NCBI GenBank assembly: GCA_001820095.1
Contig: MHOO01000004.1
Span: forward strand, 1,749 to 65,748
Direction of reading: 5' to 3'
Length of the DNA: 64,000 bases
Origin: Candidatus Staskawiczbacteria bacterium RIFCSPHIGHO2_01_FULL_39_25
GTDB lineage: Bacteria; Patescibacteriota; Minisyncoccia; Minisyncoccales; Staskawiczbacteraceae
Made by a program: the position numbers and the translations under genes. The notes beneath the pieces were generated by a model. That model made no database searches, was not told the DNA's origin, and saw only the letters and a list, made by a program, of their open reading frames with translations. Shown piece after piece: positions 45,235 through 53,360 of the stretch (its first letter is position 1; each line of letters begins with the position of its first letter).

Positions 45235-45603
45235 ATGTTAACTATTAGGCTTACTCGCAAGGGCAAAAAAAACCAGCCATTTTTCAAAGTGGTGGTTATT
45301 GATAAAAAGAGATCTGCAAAAGGGGGAAGGGCAGTGGAAGTTTTAGGATATGTTGACCCTTTAACAAAAAGGAAATCTTTGAAAAAAGAACGGATTTTGC
45401 ATTGGATAAAAAATGGAGCACAGCCATCAGCCACGATTCATAATTTATTAATCAATGAAAAGATTATTGAGGGCAAAAAAATCCATGTAGCTAAGGCAAA
45501 GAAAAGCAAAGAAGTCCAACCTACATCCGCTGCATCAGCGCCCGCAGCTCAACCTGCTGAAAAACCAGCAGAAAAGGCAGTTGAGCCGCCGATTCTTCCT
45601 TAA
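45235..45603 (+). CDS. rpsP: 30S ribosomal protein S16 with an A/P-rich C-terminal extension
   Basis: MLTIRLTRKGKKNQPFFKVVV.D.....GR..E.LGY.DP. Confidence 0.93.
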   Translation: MLTIRLTRKGKKNQPFFKVVVIDKKRSAKGGRAVEVLGYVDPLTKRKSLKKERILHWIKNGAQPSATIHNLLINEKIIEGKKIHVAKAKKSKEVQPTSAASAPAAQPAEKPAEKAVEPPILP

Positions 45604-45634
45604 CAAGAACTGCTTAGAGGTAAATTTTTGCATA

Positions 45635-45664
45635 TTGACAAAGGCTATGCTTTTTTGATAAGAT
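45635..45664 (+). promoter_or_regulatory. promoter TTGACA-18-TGaTAAGAT
   Basis: -35 at 45635..45640, and an extended -10 with TG at 45656..45657 and TAAGAT at 45659..45664. Confidence 0.5.
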
Positions 45665-45670
45665 ACGGTT

Positions 45671-46090
45671 AGATAGCTCATTTAATTAAGAGACAGAAAA
45701 AAGTAGCTCTGTTAATTGATCTCCAGAAAATTGTTCATCTCTAAGGTGGACAGTTTTCTGGAGACAGTTAATAGAGTACCTTGGCGCGGCATATGACCTC
45801 GTGCCAGGGTGCGCAAGATACTCTCTTGTGCTGTATAGGGGACGTTCCTCCTCTTTGACGGAAGGATCGTCTTAAAGAGAAGCGCGCGCTTAAGGTGTCC
45901 TCTCCTGTGAGGAGCTTTAGAGGCAAGCTAGCTTCTAAGGATTCGGATATCCTTCAAAGCCGCCTTGGCGACTCTTGTCGCATCCCCCTAAAATCTCTAT
46001 TACTGTCTCCTTTGTTCTTCTTCATTTCTCCGCTCCGGCGGGCTTTATTCATAGGCTGCAACTACTCTGTTGTGGCCTATATTTTTATAT
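45671..46090 (+). ncRNA. candidate structured ncRNA of about 420 nt, family unknown
   Basis: It runs from the promoter to the terminator (GGCTGCAAC-tactct-GTTGTGGCC plus TATATTTTT, 46054..46090). At least 8 hairpins. Visibly GC-richer than the flanks. Only junk-like ORFs. Confidence 0.5.
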
Positions 46091-46141
46091 TAAGGACATG
46101 CAAACAGATCTATTGATTATGCATAATTTGTGTTATATAAT

Positions 46142-46317
46142 ATCTTTGAATTACGAAATGCCCATTTAAAACGTTTTTTCGGGTCTTTTCCCAGAATTTG
46201 GGCTATAAATTCGCTATAATTTTCAGGCGGACGCGTTGCGTAAGCCTGAAAATTCTATCAAATTTCTATCTCCAAATTCTGGAAAAATACCGCGAAAGCA
46301 TTTCGTAAATCAAAGAT
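46142..46317. mobile_element. MITE-like palindromic element, copy M4 (176 bp)
   Basis: TIRs ATCTTTGAATTACGAAATGC / GCATTTCGTAAATCAAAGAT. Core AAATTCGCTATAATTTT-CAGGCGGACGCGTTGCGTAAGCCTG-AAAATTCTATCAAATTT. Confidence 0.7.
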
Positions 46318-46421
46318 ATTTATTTGATTTTAAGAACAAGTGAATTGGGCCCCCACACCATAAATTCAAAAAATTTTGGTGTAGGGGTGAAGTAGAACGC
46401 TGGAGTGTACATAACTTTGGT

Positions 46422-46632
46422 GGGCTCATAGTTCAGTGGTAGAACGCTGTCTTGCACAGCTTTTATGGGGGGCCCGTAGTTCAGTGGTAGAACGCTGTCC
46501 TGATAAGACAGAGGTCAAAGGTCCGATTCCTTTCGGGCCCACCATAAAAGCTGGAAAATTAACATTTAGAAAAATAAACAGAAAATTTTCCTAAGACAGA
46601 GGTCGAAGGTCCGATTCCTTCTGAGCCCACCA
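46422..46632 (+). tRNA. interrupted tRNA: 5' half 46422..46456 and 3' half 46593..46629 plus CCA, with a 136-nt intervening sequence in the anticodon loop (anticodon GCA/Cys most parsimonious, ambiguous)
   Basis: Acceptor GGGCTCA/TGAGCCC is 7/7 paired. The D arm and anticodon stem CTGTC/GACAG match the inner tRNA. T arm GAAGG-TCCGATT-CCTTC. The leader/trailer helix CATAACTTTGGT/ACCAAAGTTATG is 12 bp. Confidence 0.55.
46470..46544 (+). tRNA. tRNA-Ile(GAU)-like, 72 nt plus encoded CCA, nested inside the interrupted tRNA
   Basis: GGGCCCG-TA-GTTC-AGTGGTA-GAAC-G-CTGTC-CTGATAA-GACAG-AGGTC-AAAGG-TCCGATT-CCTTT-CGGGCCC-A-CCA. The T loop is atypical (C at position 55). Confidence 0.7.
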
Positions 46633-46670
46633 AAGTTATGAGCTTTATATAAAAGTAAATTTTAAAAAAT

Positions 46671-47030
46671 ATGTTTGCAAAAATTAATAAAAGAGTATTA
46701 ATTATTGGCGCAATATCCTTAGTCGCGTTCTTAGCTATTGGATTAGCTTTTTATCTGTATTTATTTTCAGCAAAACCAGAAGCGGAAGATACTAATATCG
46801 GTCACGTAGAAATCCCATCAGAAGATGAAGATTCAAATGCATCGCCTTCAGAAAGCGGGATAGAAATTATTGAAAAAGAGGGTTCTCCCAAGGGAGGTTT
46901 AACTATTTGCGCTGATAAGTGCGGAAATGGAATCTGTGAAAATAAAGAAGAGGATTTAAAATGCAAGGACGGCAGCCCAAATTGCGTATGTCCTGAAAGC
47001 CTTCAAGTGTGTCCGCAAGACTGTAAATAG
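46671..47030 (+). CDS. membrane-anchored Cys-rich small protein
   Basis: N-terminal TM (VLIIGAISLVAFLAIGLAFYLYLF), an acidic linker and a C-terminal cluster of 10 Cys. Terminator at 47045..47085. Confidence 0.55.
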   Translation: MFAKINKRVLIIGAISLVAFLAIGLAFYLYLFSAKPEAEDTNIGHVEIPSEDEDSNASPSESGIEIIEKEGSPKGGLTICADKCGNGICENKEEDLKCKDGSPNCVCPESLQVCPQDCK

Positions 47031-47110
47031 GATCTTTGGATGTCTTAATACAAAACCACTAATAATTATTAATGGTTTTTTTTGCATAAATTTTGATGTA
47101 TAATGATTAA

Positions 47111-48235
47111 ATGGCAGAGAATTTTTTTAAACATTACATTTATCCTATTGCTACATTGTCGGGCAATATTATTGGAGTTGGATTTTTAGCGTTACCCTAT
47201 ATTGCATTGCAGGTTGGTATTTGGCCAATGCTTTTTTATTTTATTGCATTGACTTCTTTGGTGATATTTGTGCATGTCATTTTTGGAAGAATTTGCTTGA
47301 AAACTCCGGATTTTAAGCGTTGGCCGGGCTTTGTCGGCTTTTATTTAGGCAGATGGACTAAGATGCTCGTGTTGCCCTTAATGATTTCAGGATCTGTAGG
47401 CATTTTATTGGTTTACTTGATTATCGGAGGCCAATTTTTATCGGAACTGCTGCTCCCCATTTTTGGAGGAGTTCAAATTAATTATGTGCTGCTTTATTTT
47501 GCGGCGGCAAGTATCTTTGTCTATTTTGGAGTAACGCTAATTTCTAAAATTGATGTACTTGCCTTGCTCGTCCTTTGCGCTATTTTGCTGATTATATTTT
47601 TCAAAGGTTCTCCTTATATACATTTAGACAATATTTTTACTTCAAGTTCCAACTTTCAGTTTTCACGTTTTTTCCTGCCGTATGGAGCTATTCTATTTTC
47701 ACTATGGGGAACCGGCTTAATCCCGGAAGTGGAAGAAATGCTTAGGGGTAATAAAAAATCATTGAGCAAAGTTATTATTGCCTCCATTTTAATTCCGGCA
47801 TTGATATATTTTGTATTTATCTTTTTAATACTGGGAATTACAGGGCCTGCGACAACCAGTTCGGCATTATTGGGTCTTAAGAATGTATTAGGCGATGGCA
47901 TAGTATCAGTAGCTCTTTTCATGGGCGTTATTACCACCTTCATCGCTTTTATCGCCCAAGGATTGCTTTTAAAAAAGGTATTTATGTATGATGTTGGAGT
48001 AAAAGAATTTCCTGCATGGATTTTTGCCTGCTTTACTCCCCTCATATTATTTTTATTAGGGCTTAATTCATTTATTAACCTGATTTCTTTTGTGGGCGGC
48101 TTCTTGCTTGGCATTGAAGGCATATTAATCATGTTGATTTACAAAAAAATCGGCGGCAAACCAATTGTTGTATATCCCCTGATGCTGGTATTTATTCTAG
48201 GAATTGTATATTCGTTAGTATATTTTATAAGTTAG
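47111..48235 (+). CDS. amino-acid-permease-like transporter (about 11 TM)
   Basis: N-terminal GNIIGVGFLALPY motif typical of amino acid/aromatic amino acid permease families. Polytopic throughout. Confidence 0.55.
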   Translation: MAENFFKHYIYPIATLSGNIIGVGFLALPYIALQVGIWPMLFYFIALTSLVIFVHVIFGRICLKTPDFKRWPGFVGFYLGRWTKMLVLPLMISGSVGILLVYLIIGGQFLSELLLPIFGGVQINYVLLYFAAASIFVYFGVTLISKIDVLALLVLCAILLIIFFKGSPYIHLDNIFTSSSNFQFSRFFLPYGAILFSLWGTGLIPEVEEMLRGNKKSLSKVIIASILIPALIYFVFIFLILGITGPATTSSALLGLKNVLGDGIVSVALFMGVITTFIAFIAQGLLLKKVFMYDVGVKEFPAWIFACFTPLILFLLGLNSFINLISFVGGFLLGIEGILIMLIYKKIGGKPIVVYPLMLVFILGIVYSLVYFIS

Positions 48236-48339
48236 GTCATAAATTTCTAATGTATCAATTTCTAAACCCGACGGATTTGAAAATTAACTTATTTGATAAT
48301 TTATTGAAAATTGATAATTGATAATTGAAAATTCGCAAT
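48236..48339. repeat. word-type spacer (TTGATAATT / TTGAAAATT words)
   Basis: TTATTTGATAATTTATTGAAAATTGATAATTGATAATTGAAAATT. Confidence 0.6.
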
Positions 48340-49311
48340 ATGTCCTGGTATAGTATTGCATTCTTATTTATATTTTTCTGTTTTCTCTTATCTTGGTTAA
48401 GCTCTCATCTTATTAAGTCATTGGTTCAAATAACCAAGTATTTGCGCTGGAGAGAATTTATCATTGCTTTTTTCGTCATTGCGTTTGCCGGGTCTCTGCC
48501 AAACTTATTTGTTGATCTGAATGCTGCTTTGCAGAATAAGCCCCAGCTCGCCTTGGGGGATATTATCGGGGGAAACTTAGTTGATTTAACGTTTGTTTTG
48601 GCAATAGCGGTATTTTTCAGCAAAAAGGGCCTTTCTGCTGAAAGTGAAATGGTGCAAAAAAGTGCCCTCTTTACTGCAATTATTGCAATAGTACCCCTCT
48701 TTTTATTATTAGATGGCAGGCTAGACAGGTTGGACGGACTTGTTTTAATTTCAGGGTTTATTTTTTATTCCAGCTGGCTTTTTTTAAAGAAAGAAAGGTT
48801 TAAAAAAATATATAAGAGCAATGGGGAAAATCCCATCGGAGATTTCAAAAGTTTCTTAATGAATTTAGCAAAAGTAGTTATCCTTTTGCTGCTGCTCCTG
48901 GCAGTTTCCCAAGCAGTTATTTTTTCTGCCCAATTCTTTTCTCAAAAACTTTCTATTTCTCTTTCGTTGGTGGGAATACTGATTATTGGATTAGGCAACT
49001 CATTCCCTGAAATTTATTTTTCTATCATTTCTGCAAGAAAAGAAGAGAATTGGATGGTCTTAGGGAACCTCATGGGGTCGGTGATTATTTGCTCTACGCT
49101 GGTGTTGGGTGCAATAGCCCTTATTGCGCCATTTGAAGTTAAGGATTTTTCACCCTTTTTAATTGCCAGGATATTCTTAATAGTGGCAGCGTTGCTCTCA
49201 ATCATATTTATTAGGACTGGCAGAAAAATTACTAAAAAAGAAGGGTTTATCATGCTTTTTGTGTATATTCTTTTCCTTTTAGTTGAAATTTTTACCCAAC
49301 AGTTATTATGA
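48340..49311 (+). CDS. Na+/Ca2+ exchanger family (CaCA, YrbG-like) membrane protein
   Basis: Two alpha-repeat motifs, GDIIGGNLVDLTFVLAI and GNSFPEIYFSI...GNLMGSVIICSTLVLG. ATG at 48340 preferred. Confidence 0.75.
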   Translation: MSWYSIAFLFIFFCFLLSWLSSHLIKSLVQITKYLRWREFIIAFFVIAFAGSLPNLFVDLNAALQNKPQLALGDIIGGNLVDLTFVLAIAVFFSKKGLSAESEMVQKSALFTAIIAIVPLFLLLDGRLDRLDGLVLISGFIFYSSWLFLKKERFKKIYKSNGENPIGDFKSFLMNLAKVVILLLLLLAVSQAVIFSAQFFSQKLSISLSLVGILIIGLGNSFPEIYFSIISARKEENWMVLGNLMGSVIICSTLVLGAIALIAPFEVKDFSPFLIARIFLIVAALLSIIFIRTGRKITKKEGFIMLFVYILFLLVEIFTQQLL

Positions 49312-49316
49312 AGGTA

Positions 49317-49399
49317 GCAAAGCCAACGCCATTTCCCCGCAAAAGAGCAAGGGGTTCGCTAGGGAAATGCACTTTTGGAGGAAACGGCGTTGGCTTTGC
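49317..49399. repeat. 20-bp-stem GC-rich hairpin directly after the exchanger gene
   Basis: GCAAAGCCAACGCCATTTCC / GGAAACGGCGTTGGCTTTGC with one G-U pair and a 43-nt loop. No T-run follows. Confidence 0.7.
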
Positions 49400-49502
49400 G
49401 AACAGTGTCAATGATTGTTTACATAACGTAAGAATAACGATAGAATGAGGTATAAAAATTAACGGATTGTTGATATACCACAGGATATTAGCGGGCATTA
49501 AG

Positions 49503-50336
49503 ATGAATATTTATACAAAAAAACAAAATTTTTTGCTGCTCAAAACCATAATAGTAATTATTGTTTTTTTGACTCTTGCGGGATCCTTCCATCTATTTGA
49601 AGACCAAATTAAAAATTACTCGTATCGTGCAACTTCTCCGATCGCTAAAGTATTTTGGAGGGCCGGTGATAGTCTTTCAATGCTTTCAAAATCTTTTGCC
49701 GGGGGAAGGTGGATAACGGAAGAAAATAATAACCTAAAAGAGGAAAATCAGAAGCTGTTGTCAGAAATTTCTTCTTTGAAGGAAAAATTACAAGAAAACC
49801 AAGCCATAGGGGAATTTTTGCAAAATACCCAAAACGATCATTTTGAGACTCTGTTGGCAAGCGTAGTGGGTGTAGATTATGCCAATGATGTAATCTTGAT
49901 TGACAAGGGTTCAGATGATGGCATTGAAGAGAATATGCCAGTTATTTCCAGCCAAAAAGTAATCTACGGAAAAGTTCTTAAGGTATATAAGAATTTTTCT
50001 AATGTCATGATGGTTTCAAATAAAAATAGCGTGCTTGATGTGAAAATCCAAGACGGCGACGTTACCAAGCCCCCAATCTACGGGGCAATAAAGGGCAATG
50101 GAAATTTATCTTTTTACTTGGATCTGGTTTCCTTGGATGCCCAAATAAAAGAAGGGGATACCTTGGTAAGCTCGGCGCTTGAAGGCATTTTCCCAAAAGA
50201 CTTATTAGTAGGAAAGGTGCTTTCCATTAATAAGGATGATTTAAAACCCTTTCAAACAGCCCGCGTCCAGCCATTTTTTGACATCAAAAATATAGATAGT
50301 CTGTTTGTGATAACCGACTATAAAAAAGAGAAGTGA
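49503..50336 (+). CDS. mreC: rod shape-determining protein MreC
   Basis: N-terminal TM, a coiled coil (ENNNLKEENQKLLSEISSLKEKLQENQ) and beta-rich C-domains. It is followed by mreD and mrdA. Confidence 0.8.
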   Translation: MNIYTKKQNFLLLKTIIVIIVFLTLAGSFHLFEDQIKNYSYRATSPIAKVFWRAGDSLSMLSKSFAGGRWITEENNNLKEENQKLLSEISSLKEKLQENQAIGEFLQNTQNDHFETLLASVVGVDYANDVILIDKGSDDGIEENMPVISSQKVIYGKVLKVYKNFSNVMMVSNKNSVLDVKIQDGDVTKPPIYGAIKGNGNLSFYLDLVSLDAQIKEGDTLVSSALEGIFPKDLLVGKVLSINKDDLKPFQTARVQPFFDIKNIDSLFVITDYKKEK

Positions 50337-50418
50337 CATTTTACAATTAACAATTGACAATTAACCGTACGTCAAATAGGTCAAATGTTAAAGGTCAAAT
50401 GTCAAATGTTGCATAGTT
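50337..50418. repeat. word-type spacer: CAATTGACAATT words then GTCAAAT heptamers
   Basis: TTACAATTAACAATTGACAATTAACC ... GTCAAATAGGTCAAATGTTAAAGGTCAAATGTCAAATG. Confidence 0.7.
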
Positions 50419-50976
50419 ATGTGGTTAAGGTATATTATTATAACTTTACTTTTTTTTATTGCGGCGCTTATGCAAGCAAGCTTCGTGCCTTACTTTGGCA
50501 TTAAGGGGATAATGCCAAATGTTGTCTTTGCCCTCTTTTTTCTTTTGATTTTTTTGAAGAAACCATATGCATATTATTATCAGCAGAGTAATTATTTGCT
50601 CTATAATAGCCTGCTAAGCTATGAGGGGCTTTTCATAGTCATAGTAGCCGGATTTTTTTTAGATATTTTCTCCTCTTCTTACTTTGGGTTATCGTTGCTT
50701 TCATTATTAATGGTATATTTTATCGTCAAAACACTAGTATATTTTCTAAGAGAGCAGCAAAACCGGTATATGGTTTTCTATTTTCTACTGATATTTCCAT
50801 GCGCTTTTTTTGTCCATACTATTTTTTTGCAATCGTTTTCCGGTCCGATTACCTTCAACAGTATTCTTTTGTTTGAATTTTTGTACACCCTCGTAGTTGC
50901 CTGCACAGTTTTTTATGGGTATAAAGGGTACATTGAGTTAATCAAACAAGATAGGCAGCTTAGACTATTTGATTAA
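50419..50976 (+). CDS. mreD: MreD-like polytopic membrane protein
   Basis: Five TM helices, positioned between mreC and the PBP2 gene. Sequence itself uninformative. Confidence 0.55.
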   Translation: MWLRYIIITLLFFIAALMQASFVPYFGIKGIMPNVVFALFFLLIFLKKPYAYYYQQSNYLLYNSLLSYEGLFIVIVAGFFLDIFSSSYFGLSLLSLLMVYFIVKTLVYFLREQQNRYMVFYFLLIFPCAFFVHTIFLQSFSGPITFNSILLFEFLYTLVVACTVFYGYKGYIELIKQDRQLRLFD

Positions 50977-50986
50977 TATTCACTAT

Positions 50987-52921
50987 ATGGTATTTCGTAA
51001 AAAATATAATATTAAGGAATCATTGGGTAATATTGAGACCCACGAGGTTTTTTTGGATACTTTAGCCCGGGCCAAAGAAGAGGAATTAGGCATTTCAGAA
51101 AAAAAGTTTGAAGTTGAAATTAAAGAAAAAATAATTTATTTCATTTTTGGATTATTTTTTCTGTTGGCTCTTACTCTTTTTTTTAAAACTTTTTACTGGC
51201 AGGTTATTGAAGGTAAAAGACTCTATACGCTTAGCCAGAACAATAAAGGAAAAATTAATCTGATAACCCCTGAACGGGGAATCATCTATGATAAAAATCT
51301 AAAAAAACTAGTATTGAATTCTGCGGCCTATGACCTCGTATGCGATAAGCGCAATTTTTCTGAATCAAACCCTGAATCGGTTAAGGAAATTACCCAAATT
51401 GCCCAAGTCTTAGGAAAAAATGTATTTGAGCTGGAAGATATTATAGGAAAGTCAGAAGAATCAGAAGTATTAATTGCTGAAAACGTCAATCAGGAAACGT
51501 TATTGGTATTGGAAGCCAGGATGAATGAATTTCCTGATTGCCAGATAGAAAAAAGCACGTTAAGGAATTATGTATTAGGGCCGATTTTTTCGCATGTCTT
51601 GGGGTATACCAGTAAAATAGGCAGAGAAGAGCTGAAAAATACTGGAAACTATACTGCCAGTGATTATATTGGAAAAGTTGGCTTGGAAAAATCTTACGAA
51701 AGCTTTCTGCGGGGTATTCCTGGAAGGGTTGAAATTATAAAAAATGCGGTTGGTGTGGCAAAGGGCGATAAAATCTTGTCTTCGCCGACCTCAGGCTATA
51801 ACTTGGTTTTAAATATTGACGCTGGTTTGCAAAAAAAGGTATATGACGCATTAGAAAAAAGCATTAAAAATATCGGGTCTAAAAAAGGAGCGGCCGTGGC
51901 ATTAGATCCAAGAACGGGAGCCGTACTGGCGCTGGTATCATATCCTGCCTATGATGATAATATCTTTGCTAAAGGAATTTCCCAGCAGGATTTTGACAAG
52001 CTGCAAAATGATCCTTCGCAGCCATTTTTCAACCGGGCTATTGCGGCTCAGTATCCGACGGGTTCTACGATAAAACCCTTTCTGGCATCTGCGGCGTTAC
52101 AGGAACATCTTATTTCTCCTGATAAAATTATCAATGACCCAGGATATATTGTAGTCCATAGCCAGTATGACCCCAGTGTAACTTATAAGTTTGCCGGCGT
52201 GGTTCCTCATGGGCTGGTTGATATGCGGGAAGCCATTGCCGTTTCTTCAAACATTTATTTTTATACGGTGGGCGGGGGATACGGAGACCAGAAAGGATTA
52301 GGGCCCTCAAGAATCAAGCAGTACCTTGGCCTTTTCGGCTGGGATCAAAAAACCGGCATTGATATTCCTGGAGAATATAAAGGGTTTGTGCCAAGCCCGG
52401 AATGGAAAAAACAGGTAAAAAAAGAAGACTGGTGGGATGGCGATACCTACAACCTTTCCATTGGTCAATCTGATTTGCAGGTTACCCCTTTGCAGGTGGC
52501 GGTGGCCTATTCAGCTATTGCCAATGGGGGAACATTATATAAACCGCAGATTGTGCAGAAAATAACCGATTCTTCCGGCGGGTCGTCAAGAATTATCCAG
52601 GAGTTCAAACCAGAAATGGTAAGCCAAAACTTCATCAATCCAGAATATCTGCAAATTGTGCGCGAGGGCATGCGCGATGGCGTTAGAAAACCCTACGGCT
52701 CTTCATTTATGTTGAATAATTTGCCGGTGGCGGTGGCAGGAAAAACGGGAACGGCTGAAATCGGCAGGGCGGGGGTATATAACACATGGTCATCAAATTT
52801 TGCGCCTTATGAAAATCCTGAAATCGTATTTGTGGCAACTATTGAAGGTGTAGAAGGTTTGCGATCTGCCACGCTGCCGGTGGCGCATGAAGTACTCCAA
52901 TACTACTTCTCTAAGAAGTAG
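50987..52921 (+). CDS. mrdA: penicillin-binding protein 2 (elongasome transpeptidase)
   Basis: TM anchor, a dimerisation domain, and the transpeptidase motifs STIKP, SSN and KTGTA. Confidence 0.9.
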   Translation: MVFRKKYNIKESLGNIETHEVFLDTLARAKEEELGISEKKFEVEIKEKIIYFIFGLFFLLALTLFFKTFYWQVIEGKRLYTLSQNNKGKINLITPERGIIYDKNLKKLVLNSAAYDLVCDKRNFSESNPESVKEITQIAQVLGKNVFELEDIIGKSEESEVLIAENVNQETLLVLEARMNEFPDCQIEKSTLRNYVLGPIFSHVLGYTSKIGREELKNTGNYTASDYIGKVGLEKSYESFLRGIPGRVEIIKNAVGVAKGDKILSSPTSGYNLVLNIDAGLQKKVYDALEKSIKNIGSKKGAAVALDPRTGAVLALVSYPAYDDNIFAKGISQQDFDKLQNDPSQPFFNRAIAAQYPTGSTIKPFLASAALQEHLISPDKIINDPGYIVVHSQYDPSVTYKFAGVVPHGLVDMREAIAVSSNIYFYTVGGGYGDQKGLGPSRIKQYLGLFGWDQKTGIDIPGEYKGFVPSPEWKKQVKKEDWWDGDTYNLSIGQSDLQVTPLQVAVAYSAIANGGTLYKPQIVQKITDSSGGSSRIIQEFKPEMVSQNFINPEYLQIVREGMRDGVRKPYGSSFMLNNLPVAVAGKTGTAEIGRAGVYNTWSSNFAPYENPEIVFVATIEGVEGLRSATLPVAHEVLQYYFSKK

Positions 52922-52990
52922 TATTAAATTTTCAATTTTCAATTTACAATTTTCAATCAATTTCTAAATATCTAAATTTTCAAATAAAAA
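52922..52990. repeat. word-type spacer (TTTTCAATTT words)
   Basis: AAATTTTCAATTTTCAATTTACAATTTTCAATCAATTTCTAAATATCTAAATTTTCAAAT. Confidence 0.6.
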
Positions 52991-53035
52991 AAGAGAGCGG
53001 ATGGGTCTCCGCTCTTATTGGGATTTTACGCTCGG

Positions 53036-53245
53036 TTAGTCCTGCATTTGCAGGTAGTTGTTAAAGAACTTGTTTTTCTTCAAGGAATTCCTTCTGCATC
53101 GCTTGAACCTCTTGAGGTGCAAGTTTTCGGTAGGCAGACCGTAATACTCTAGAAACCATTTGGCTTTCATGCGTGCTTGCCGGACATCTCTGCCCTGCGA
53201 AAGAAAAGGCACTCCGCTTCCTTCAATGTAGCATTCAAACAGCAT
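53036..53245 (-). CDS. hypothetical small protein (69 aa), higher-GC orphan
   Basis: Strong SD AAAGGAGG 7 nt upstream of ATG 53245. A minus-strand terminator lies at about 52990..53025. Candidate promoter TTGACA-17-TGaTATCCT upstream. Confidence 0.5.
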   Translation of the reverse strand: MLFECYIEGSGVPFLSQGRDVRQARMKAKWFLEYYGLPTENLHLKRFKRCRRNSLKKNKFFNNYLQMQD

Positions 53246-53360
53246 GGTAGTCCTCCTTTTGAAAATGTCGTGAAACACTAAGTAGAGGATATCACTTATT
53301 TTAGGTTATGTCAATGATTGTGAGATTAGGCTAATTTTGATATTATTACGCAATACTCGT

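Noticed and set aside
45671-46090. Assignment of the 420-nt structured unit to RNase P RNA, tmRNA, SRP RNA, 6S RNA or a T-box leader.
   Set aside because: - **RNase P:** no GGAAAGTCC/ACAGAA P4 strands.
- **tmRNA:** no T-loop, ACCA end or tag ORF.
- **SRP RNA:** no domain IV GGAA/AGCA loops.
- **6S RNA:** not a single long hairpin.
- **T-box:** no T-box sequence and no downstream aaRS gene.
45895-46169. Track ORFs 45895..46116 and 45975..46169.
   Set aside because: They lie inside the hairpin-dense noncoding unit and its terminator. They use non-ATG starts and have an S/L/R-rich composition with no SD or A-rich start context.
46457-46592. The tRNA intervening sequence as a group I self-splicing intron or an archaeal-type BHB intron.
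   Set aside because: At 136 nt, with 75 nt taken by a tRNA fold, there is no room for the P3-P9 core of a group I intron. No 3-4-3 bulge-helix-bulge can be drawn at the exon junctions. It is kept as an open question in the findings.
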